20,540 nucleotides of DNA, taken from contig JBDRLP010000005.1 of NCBI GenBank assembly GCA_043812975.1, forward strand, positions 1 to 20,540, in the 5' to 3' direction. The translations under genes were made by a program, and so were the position numbers. This DNA comes from Candidatus Iainarchaeum sp. Lineage in GTDB: Archaea; Iainarchaeota; Iainarchaeia; Iainarchaeales; Iainarchaeaceae. The notes beneath the pieces were generated by a model. That model was not told where the DNA came from. It did no database searches and worked only from the letters and a program-made list of their open reading frames with translations. Shown here in pieces: positions 7,701 through 15,400 of the stretch (its first letter is position 1; every line of letters starts with the position of its first letter).

Positions 7701-10700
7701 GCTCCTTCAACCGTAGCTGCTGAAGCTTTGACTGTTGTATTTATTGCCTTATCTGCAACTTCAGTTGTCTTTTCTAATGTCTCCTGCCCTTCCTTAAGTT
7801 CCTGAGCTTTATCTGCAACAGCTTGTGTGTCTTCAACTGATTGTTCAGCTTGTTCTGCAGCCAGCTGAGCCTCTTCCTTTGACTTACTCATTGCCTCACC
7901 AGCTTCTTTTGATGCTTCACTGGCTGATCCTTTTGCTGCATCTAATGCGGGTTTTGCCCCTAATAATCCGCCTACGGCTGCACCGAGTCCTGCGTTTCCT
8001 ATGTCGAAACTGCTGTCATCATCATCATTTGATTTGTCAAAAGCATTACCCCAATCAGTTGCACTTGCTTCCACAGTAACGGTTTCACTCAAAAACCTGT
8101 TTGTTAATGTGGCGGTGTCTTTAGCACCGGTTCCTATTAAATCGAAATTATACCTGCTTAGTGTAAATGGTTCTCCGTTATTAGTGTAACCTCCCGCTCC
8201 GCTAAACAAACCTGCTGAATAACCTCCTCCTGTACCTGCATAAGGATTTGTAAAGCCACCGCCTGTTCCCGCTGGATCGAGTGTTATGAGAACTTCGCCT
8301 ATTCTTCTCCAGGAGCCTCCTTCAGGTTTTACTTCTACTTTGATTCCGTAAATTCCGGGAATGTTTTCTCTTGCAACAGTTATTTCCTGGGTTGAGTTTC
8401 CTGATTTTAATGTAAAGTTACGAGGATTAACAGTGATTCCTCCTTCTGTTGAGCCTCCTTTGCATCCTGTGTCTTCGTGGCATAATCTTACCTCAATAGG
8501 GAGCTTTCCGCATGAGCTTGAATCAAGAGTAAATGTTCCTGTATCTTCCTGTCCCAGTTCAAGCATTTGTTCTCCGCCAAAACCATAATCTGATTTGATG
8601 CATTCATTTAGATGAACTATTAGTATTTCTGAGTCAATTGAATTATTAGCTCCGATAAACTGCCAGCCTGAATTAGTTTTTATCTGACCATCAATATTAA
8701 CTGTGAATTTTGCTTTTTTGCCGATTGTGTTTGATTTTGAAACAAAATTAAGTCTTCCAATGTAAGTTACTTCTGGTTCTACATTTGAAAGTAAATTACT
8801 CCACAATGTTGGTTGTAATACTTCGCTTATAGATTCTCCAGTAGTTGGATTCAGCAAAGTTAATTCTACATTTCCGATTATTCCCTCGTCTCCTTCCCAG
8901 TCTATTGTTGAAACAAGCCTGTCGATGTTCAATAGTTCCCCGTTATTGTTTATACAATTGTTTATGAGATCGAATTCAATAGTTGATTGTCCTGTTATGG
9001 TTGAGTCTTCCCATTTGTTTATTGAAATAATTAAACACGAATCATTTTCAGGAAGTGCTCCTAAGTTAATTTTTGTTTTTGTTGGTATTTCATAAACCCA
9101 AGAAGTTGATGCATCAAAATTTGACATAAACTCGATAACAATTGAACCTTCAACCACTTGCGATTCTTCCAAGAATTTGGCTTCTTCTCCGAAAACAGAA
9201 AGGTATTCTATTCCTGAACTTCCCTGGCCTTCAATAGTTGTTCCTACAAAACCTGCAAGGAAATTATCCATTCTTGCTTCATCGAGAAGCCCAAAAAAGG
9301 AACCTGAAGCCCTCAGCTTGTTAATGTAAATTGTTTCCCCTATCAAGTTTTCAATACTGATAAAAGTAATGTCTTGTTCTTCTGCATTTCTTGTTACAGA
9401 ATGGTTTATTTCTTCAGGATCAAACTTTACAATCTCGTTGTTTATTTCTATTTCGATTGTTTTTGGATTCAAACCGGGTTTTTCTGCTTTTATAAAAATT
9501 TTGGTTCCGGGAGAAGAAGCAGGGATACTTATTTCAGAAATGCCCTCTTTGTTGGTTGTTCCTGTGAACATTTGTTCACTTTGATCAGGCGCGATTTTTT
9601 TGACGACAATTAAAGCGTCTTGAACCCCAAAACCTTCCAGTTCTCCGGTTGCCTGAGTAACAATAATTTTTAGATTTGTCGGAACAAAAGCACCTATTTC
9701 TTCAGGCTCGATAATTATATCAATTTCTTCATTTCCAAAGGTGTTGAATAATACCTGGTTGTTCATTATTTCATTCTGGTTGGAAATAATATCAAATTCA
9801 AGCGAAGAAGAAAATTCGCTTTTAGGTTCGATGCTTAACAAGCCTGAAATTGTTTTATTAAACCTGAAATTTCCAAGGGATAAAGACGCAATTTCAAAGG
9901 TTGGTGTTTCGGAACTAACTTCTCGCGAATCAGCATCTGTGAAGGAATAAGAATTAATCACCAAATCTTCACTAACCGATACTCCATCCTGAGTACTTTT
10001 GATGCTTAACTCAGCATTATCATGAATCACTTCTGTGTTATTTGTAATGCTGAATTCCAAAGAATATGGTGAAAAGCTTTTGAGGTTGTAAGGTTCCTGT
10101 TCATAAATGCCAGTGGTTTCATTCAATAATCTGTGTCCAAAACAAAAGTTCTCATAACAAATCGAATCAAGTCCCTCGAATAATGGTTTTTCATAGGATT
10201 CAGCGTATAATGCAGTTTTTTCATTTGTTTCCTCTGCTTCCCCGAGTTCTGAATCCAAAGGATCTCTCAAATACTTTGAACCGTTTTCTCCCCAGCTTCT
10301 GTAATAAACAGGCAAAAAGGTTCCTGGGGTTATTCCTTTATCTGTTTCAAATTCAAATGCTATTTCATATTTTCCCTCTTTTGGTTCGTCCCAAACAACA
10401 GAAACCCATTTTGCATTACCATTAGTAATTATTGTGTTTCCATTCGGAGGCTTGTAATCTTTTCCTTTTATCTGGCTGGTTCCTGGAACATTAACTTTAG
10501 TTATGTAGATGTTGTCTTGTTCTATGTGTTCTTTTTCTCCTGTTCTGAAAAATACTCCTGTTTCATCAAAACTCCTTGGAACTGTTAACAAAAATCTTGC
10601 TTCGTATCTTTTTCCAGGGGCCAATTGTGAAACCCATGCTCCTGTATTGTTGTAAATCCCATCAAGTTCTATGGTTGGTTTATCTCCACTTATTTCTTCT

Positions 10701-12412
10701 TCAAGAATTGCGTTGAAGAAAATGAATTTGTCCTTAACAACCTGCTGTGCTGTTGTTGTATAACTGGAATAACCTTCTTTGCTTATAACTGCGTAAACTT
10801 TTTTATCAGCTTTCAGGTTTTCCAAAAAACCTGTTCCTTCAGAATCAACAGAAATGATTCCCAAGCTTTCTCCATAATCAGTGAACAATTCTGCTTCAGC
10901 AAAATCAATTGGAGTTGATAGTTTGTCTTTTACAGTAATGCTTACGGTTCCGGTTCCGATTTCAAGAACAACTTCGAAAAAGTTTTCTTTTAATGGTTCA
11001 ACAGTTACTTCAGGAGAGATTCCTTCTGCGGGGTATTTTTGCACTAAAACTTTGTAAACTTTTTCTGGGTCTAAATTCAAAAAGGGCGTGGTATTTCCAT
11101 TGTAATCGGTTATTTTTGAACCAAAGCTTGTTTGAATAAAACCATCTGCGTCAAGAATCATTACTTTAGCGTTTTCAACAACCAAATGTTCATCATCAAT
11201 AACTCTGACTACTAATGCTCCGCAGGTTGTTGGAGTGCATTTTTCCAAATCAACTTCAAAATTTTGTTCTGAGGCTTTAGGATAATCATCTGTATCAAAA
11301 CTCCCTGAATCCATAGGCAGATAATTTTCTTTTGAAACAATGTAGATGTAGAGGCCTCTTTCCAATAAAGCAAAATTAGCTTTTCCACTTGAATTTGTTT
11401 TTTGTTCTCCAACAATAAAACCGCCAGGATCGTATATTGCGATTGTAGCTCCCTGAACAGGAATCCTGTCTCTTTTGTCAGTTACTTCAATAGTTGCTGT
11501 TAATTGCAAATCTTTTGTAATCATTATGTCTTTGCGGGTTCTTTGGTCCGGATTAACTCCGATAGTAATGCTTTTGTTTCCGTATTCAAGTTCAGGATCT
11601 TCTGTAATAGCCGTATAATTGCCAATTTCGACATTCTCAAAGCTTATTTCTCCGAAAGAAGTGTATCCTTGAAACCCGGTTACCAAGCCTGATTCTTCGA
11701 CAAGTTTTACGTTTATACCGTCTAAAAATCTGTTGTTTTGACCGTCTTTTACTGTTATTTCCACACTGCCTTTTGGTGTTTTTATGGTTTGGAGCTCTAT
11801 TAGTTGTTCTTTCCCAAGTATACTACCCCTTGAAGTTTCAAACCCTGATCCATTAATCGTATAAGTAATTGTACCACAACCAAGAGGAGGTTCTACTGTT
11901 AATTCTCCGGAATTCGTTGTATATTCGCTTGGTTCAAAGACTCCGCTTCCTGTGCATCCAAGTGTAATTTCTAATTTTTTTCCAATTAATTTTTTATTAT
12001 CTGGTCCGACAAAAGTAATTGTAACTTCTTTGGAATCAAACAAAGGTTTTGACAATTTTAGATTGATAATAAGTTCTTTAGTAACTGTAACATTTCTTGT
12101 TTTTTCTTCATAATCTTCTTTTGAAGCAGTTATTTCAATTTCTTTATCGAGTTCAGCTTCAAAAGAGGCTCTTCCATTTTTATCAGTTTTTAGTTTCAGA
12201 ATACTATCCAGCCCGCTTATTTCTAAATCTATTCCTCTTAGCGGAACTCCTACTTGGTTGGAAACCTCAATAGTAACAAGAGTAGTGTTGCTTTCTCCTC
12301 CTAAAAATAGAAAAGCAATTCCTGTAATTATTATAAGAATTAGTATGCCAAGAACTACTGGAAAAAAAGGTATGCTTTCATTTAGGGTTTCATAAAGGTC
12401 CTGTAAACTCAT
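4751..12412 (-). CDS. Giant membrane-anchored surface protein, gene B (2553 aa): N-terminal TM, carboxypeptidase-regulatory-like/Ig-like repeats, central helical insert flanked by Gly-rich hydrophobic segments, Cys-rich C-terminal module
   Basis: 7.66 kb ORF. Hydrophobic FFPVVLGILILIIITGIAFLFLG at the N-terminus. Repeated 'V.V.D...P(I/V)..A.(V/I).(L/I)...T...G.A.F...G.Y....K..Y' motifs over about aa 40-575. Acidic, with more than 25 N-x-S/T sequons by manual count. Colinear with gene A. Confidence 0.93.
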   Translation of the reverse strand: MSLQDLYETLNESIPFFPVVLGILILIIITGIAFLFLGGESNTTLVTIEVSNQVGVPLRGIDLEISGLDSILKLKTDKNGRASFEAELDKEIEITASKEDYEEKTRNVTVTKELIINLKLSKPLFDSKEVTITFVGPDNKKLIGKKLEITLGCTGSGVFEPSEYTTNSGELTVEPPLGCGTITYTINGSGFETSRGSILGKEQLIELQTIKTPKGSVEITVKDGQNNRFLDGINVKLVEESGLVTGFQGYTSFGEISFENVEIGNYTAITEDPELEYGNKSITIGVNPDQRTRKDIMITKDLQLTATIEVTDKRDRIPVQGATIAIYDPGGFIVGEQKTNSSGKANFALLERGLYIYIVSKENYLPMDSGSFDTDDYPKASEQNFEVDLEKCTPTTCGALVVRVIDDEHLVVENAKVMILDADGFIQTSFGSKITDYNGNTTPFLNLDPEKVYKVLVQKYPAEGISPEVTVEPLKENFFEVVLEIGTGTVSITVKDKLSTPIDFAEAELFTDYGESLGIISVDSEGTGFLENLKADKKVYAVISKEGYSSYTTTAQQVVKDKFIFFNAILEEEISGDKPTIELDGIYNNTGAWVSQLAPGKRYEARFLLTVPRSFDETGVFFRTGEKEHIEQDNIYITKVNVPGTSQIKGKDYKPPNGNTIITNGNAKWVSVVWDEPKEGKYEIAFEFETDKGITPGTFLPVYYRSWGENGSKYLRDPLDSELGEAEETNEKTALYAESYEKPLFEGLDSICYENFCFGHRLLNETTGIYEQEPYNLKSFSPYSLEFSITNNTEVIHDNAELSIKSTQDGVSVSEDLVINSYSFTDADSREVSSETPTFEIASLSLGNFRFNKTISGLLSIEPKSEFSSSLEFDIISNQNEIMNNQVLFNTFGNEEIDIIIEPEEIGAFVPTNLKIIVTQATGELEGFGVQDALIVVKKIAPDQSEQMFTGTTNKEGISEISIPASSPGTKIFIKAEKPGLNPKTIEIEINNEIVKFDPEEINHSVTRNAEEQDITFISIENLIGETIYINKLRASGSFFGLLDEARMDNFLAGFVGTTIEGQGSSGIEYLSVFGEEAKFLEESQVVEGSIVIEFMSNFDASTSWVYEIPTKTKINLGALPENDSCLIISINKWEDSTITGQSTIEFDLINNCINNNGELLNIDRLVSTIDWEGDEGIIGNVELTLLNPTTGESISEVLQPTLWSNLLSNVEPEVTYIGRLNFVSKSNTIGKKAKFTVNIDGQIKTNSGWQFIGANNSIDSEILIVHLNECIKSDYGFGGEQMLELGQEDTGTFTLDSSSCGKLPIEVRLCHEDTGCKGGSTEGGITVNPRNFTLKSGNSTQEITVARENIPGIYGIKVEVKPEGGSWRRIGEVLITLDPAGTGGGFTNPYAGTGGGYSAGLFSGAGGYTNNGEPFTLSRYNFDLIGTGAKDTATLTNRFLSETVTVEASATDWGNAFDKSNDDDDSSFDIGNAGLGAAVGGLLGAKPALDAAKGSASEASKEAGEAMSKSKEEAQLAAEQAEQSVEDTQAVADKAQELKEGQETLEKTTEVADKAINTTVKASAATVEGACDNSNANSTASAAATASDTLSDATGDATEEVDAVVEETDNGVQTAKEGSEQLSASATSVDTSAQQAAPTGGGKLGCGEDAKGSLGTATEQGNKGISTVSNLANILTGGLPKLISKVGESLKNVGKKQAETKTKTVLTKTAIASSSSDTVYGEAACAAAQGSAEGAVEGVETTEVAEVAKKTEETEKLNRTVGTAAGTAGDTANATTDQGTNAVNSINDEDTGAIAKCDNLDSAAAATEAANGFKWGTFGGVLGSYMGLGFLGGGLAGGLFGDDDDDDEEGGNMRDNTVTEDLQDWVINLSEDSMPIDSGHPGLKANWNTEDMKSIGQFAQQTAGIIFENTALEEEEKYVYSTVNFKATKHIHADPTKVMGGLAFFGQFNVPDSSTQSINQKFHLRFKTGEEQRQLTNTEFDAQSCDVGNRIGYTGPEMKPRIKLNWDWADFKEYICDESNPDYVYCDAVQFNMETNYKINALREFIEVNHDILSCPVNPAQVILDELTAELANLGFYEAPAPSLECWMPRTTTLIEGRPALDFYVEENLSRIRWLPEYGINNRQDLMDLITFNTYLIQDGYSEDMLSDFENFNNTKKFFQAPEFFNRLRLKNSGETYGIDEYYRQGKIKFYKRYDETAVKLSSPGKYRAHIKIDFDEGWGFFDSNDNLLADIKIELSLIDEPKIDNALYRVPFDGLVGIEDGEIYDRQGYGTVYENDGELLNIDNSTTPAISYPGEGSNPVANASVKISRDLYSLNASPSTRGMILEINNPTGIRKNINFQPAHATPVIMEVGQNNKTDEPFSAVYEIIENDVPLNIGTSSTFWDGAGNCYDFTGEPAAQSFYEKPDRATVGKDDLLDWENKYAVDWPNANITGNTYLRTIYYSDPLKETILSSVKSPDGLKFYSADESGSKVRLDGVSSMPYNSNIGGTAGSIGSISEIFDLVDAGMVCVTNSSNSTKFWWNPKVIYDSQGSQRNISDMTNNLEAGSTCIG
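6869..6886 (-). repeat. Poly-Asp tract (D6, followed by EE) directly after the second Gly-rich hydrophobic segment of gene B
   Basis: Plus strand reads atc atc atc gtc atc atc; protein context GGLFG-DDDDDD-EEGG. Confidence 0.85.
8067..12330. repeat. Copy 2 of the ~4.3 kb direct repeat (gene B stalk region)
   Basis: See copy 1. Only in-frame indels were seen: DWEGDEGIIG versus DWEEESIIG, and one codon in the Gly-rich linker. Confidence 0.95.
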
Positions 12413-12435
12413 TCACTAAAAGTAAGCTATTGTGA

Positions 12436-12448
12436 TTATTAAGCTTTT
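12436..12448 (-). promoter_or_regulatory. Putative BRE+TATA (AAAAG-CTTAATAA) for a leaderless gene B transcript
   Basis: Lies in the 36-nt A-B gap. The TATA-like octamer ends 24 nt before the ATG at 12412, the spacing expected for a leaderless archaeal mRNA. No properly spaced SD is present. Confidence 0.5.
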
Positions 12449-15400
12449 TTATGAGGAAATGCAGGCATCTATGGCTGCATCTTTCTTGTTCTGGATTGTC
12501 TCTAATACTGTCTTAGGATTCCAGAAGAATTCAGTATTAATATTTGTGTTGCTTAAACACACATATCCTTCTTTTACTAACTCAAACACATCTTCCATGC
12601 TTGAAATATTACTTGTAGTACCATTACCATTCAGGCGTACTAATTTGCCTGTTTCTGAAGAACCGATTAAAGTAGCTTCATCTGATGATGCATCAACCAA
12701 TTGTAAGTAACTATCTGAATCCTGCGGAGTGTAGAATACTGTTTCATAGAAAACTGAACCAAAGTTAATTGGATCCTGGCAGAACTCTAAAGTATACTTG
12801 CTTCTTTCATTCTGACCAACTAAAGCACATCTTGCACTTATCCCGTGTGTATCAGGAACAAATTGTTGTTGTGACATTACTCGGTCATCAAAGCCTCTGC
12901 ATGTTGCGCCAATTCCATTCCACAAAGTCATTGTGGTTCCTACATCAACGGCGTCTCCGTCTATTCCTGCTTGGTAAATAGCATAAGCATCTCCTTCAGT
13001 CTGTTTATCAATTTGTAAGATTACTGGTGTTGCGTTGCTTGGCTGGAAAATCAGTGTTGGGTTTCCTAAAGCTCTTGAAAGCTTTGCAATAACTCCTCTT
13101 TCACTGCCAATCTGCATTTTGTTAAAGTTATCATTCATTGTAACTTCTAATTCTCCGTTAGTTATCGGGCTTGATCCTGCTATTTCAACAGTCCTTATTG
13201 GGGATGGTGCATTATCAATTAAAATACTGTCTCCGGCATAATTAACTCCGTAACCTGTTCTTCCACTATCTGTTCCTACAAGACCATCAAATGGAGTATA
13301 ATAGAATGGGCTGTCTGGTTCTGCTCCTTTAAGTTTCTCCATTCTAATGTTAATTTTGGCGTTAGGGTTTCCTTCTGAATCAAACAATTTCCATGTGTTA
13401 TCAGCATATTCAGCATCAACTACAATTGCGTAAGTTCCAGGACCTGGTAATGAATAATCAGGTTGACTGTAAGCATCAAAGCCGAATAAGCTTGGGTCGC
13501 TGAAATAGATTCCCAAACCATCAGTCTGGTTCAAGTAATAATCCGGTGCATCGAAGAATCCTTTGTTTTGTGCAACATCAAAGTCCTTTTGGAAGTCTGA
13601 TGAATAACCATCTGCCATTAGTGTAACATTAAACTTGGTTAGAGCAGTCAGGTTTTCTGCTTGAGTTCCTGTTATTCCCGAAGCCTGTAAGAAAAGATCA
13701 AGTCTTGATGTTGAGTAAGGTTCACAAGCCTGTAATCCTGTGTCTCCCGCATAAAATGTTCTTGTCAGAGTGTTTGTAGCAATTATATCTTCACAATTTT
13801 CACAGTTAATGCTTGGAACCAGGTCAGCTGCTGCTTCATAGAATCCTTCGGTTAAATTACTGAATGTACACCTTACTGTTTCTTGACCGCCTGCTGCAAC
13901 AGTTAGTTCTTGTGCTCCGTCAGCACATTCAATAGAATCTCCTCCTAGTGGAACTACTTTTAATGTTACATCCGCATTAACAATTCCCGGATTTGTGTTT
14001 TTAATTTGTGCAATAACATCTACTTCGGTTCCGCTTTTTGCATTTGTTAAGCTAGCTACTCCGATGTCATAGCTTCCGATTTCATTGGTTGATGCTTCAT
14101 CTTCTCTTGGTGAAGGGCAGGTAAAGTCTGCTCCGTTTTGTTCAACATAATCTGTTAATTTTTTGATTTTTTGCAGTAATGCTATACTGAATTGTGTTCC
14201 GTCACAATAAATACCGTTTTCATTATCTTCGTTACATGTATCTTCCTGTATTTCTTTCCAGTTCCATGCAAACTCTACTTTAGGCAGGGCATCGAATCCT
14301 GTCGATCCTGTTTTGGTTCCTGCCTGACAATTGAGTAATGAAAATGTTTCTGTTGTTTCAAGCATTGGAGGTACACTATTAAACTCCAGATTAAATCTTT
14401 GTTCTAAATCCTGTGGTGAATCTTCATCTAATTCTGTTTTGGATTTATCAAGAACATCTTCATCATAGAATCCTAAGAATCCTCCTTCTTCATCAATGAA
14501 ATCTTCCTTATCATAAGTTTTATCAGTGTACTTGTGCCTTACTCCTTTAACTTTTAACTGAGTGTATTTTGGTCTTTGTTCTTCTGTGATAAATCCTGAT
14601 GCGTTTGTAAATATTGTTCTGAAAGTTTCAATTCCCTGTGAAAGTAAATCAGGATTATTAACCAGAGGTTGTGGAACTACTGGCGTTGAATCTCTTCCTC
14701 CTAATCCTTCAACTTCTAATGAAATATCAGAATCTTTTTGTTCTAAGCTTCCTGCTCCCAAAACAAGAGTAACATCTTTTATTTCTGCATCTTTTTGTAA
14801 CAAAGTGAATGAAATTTCGTCTTCCTGACTATTGTATGATTGTAGTGTTCCAACTACGGTTCCTAGTATTAATGCTGACCAAGGGCTGGTTCCAAGAACA
14901 CCCTGCACAAGACCGCCTGCTCCTCCAAGTAAGCCTCCAGCACCGCCAGTGCTGCTTCTTCCACTAGAATATCCACCTTGATTGTATCCGGGTTGATTGT
15001 AGCCTGGTTGATTATAACCGGGTTGATTGTATCCAGGTTGATTTCCATACTGTGAAATTAATCCTTGGATTGGTGGCAAACCAAGAATATTCGGGGCTGC
15101 TGCTGTTTTGGCTGTTGTTGGTATGGTTACTGTTTTATCCTTAGGAACAGCCATTATTCCTTCTAATTCTTCTCCGGAGTAGCGGCGCTCCATGTCTTGT
15201 TTCCACATCATTTCTAAATAACCGGTTTTTTCAGCATCTGTTATGGATCCGTCTGGTCCCCTCCAGACTCCTGCCCATTTCCCTGTATTTTCATAAGTGT
15301 ACTTTCCAGAAGCAAGCCCAACACTAACGGCAGTGATAACTTCCCCTCCTCCTGCTGCACCGCCGGTATTTCCACCTGTTGCACTGCTGACACTTCCAAC

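Noticed and set aside
6840..8060. Central inserts considered as inteins, or B's insert as a chemoreceptor or tape-measure domain
   Set aside because: There are no intein splice-junction motifs (C/S start with His-Asn end) and no LAGLIDADG blocks. The conserved MCP hairpin-tip motif is missing, and there is no phage context.
10690..12290. Annotation of the giants as carboxypeptidases or TonB-dependent receptors
   Set aside because: Only the non-catalytic carboxypeptidase-regulatory-like beta-sandwich repeats are recognisable. I saw no peptidase catalytic motifs and no beta-barrel.
1..12412. B/C similarity considered as a diversity-generating retroelement TR/VR pair or an assembly artefact
   Set aside because: The repeat is more than 4 kb, the sampled mismatches are mostly synonymous and not adenine-specific, and no reverse transcriptase is in the window. 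Divergence of 7% or more with in-frame indels argues for a true paralog, although read-level confirmation is still advisable.
14978..15043. Short tandem repeat considered as a CRISPR array or contingency locus
   Set aside because: The 15-bp units are contiguous with no spacers, in frame, and synonymous-variant. No cas genes are present, and unit loss would not shift the frame.
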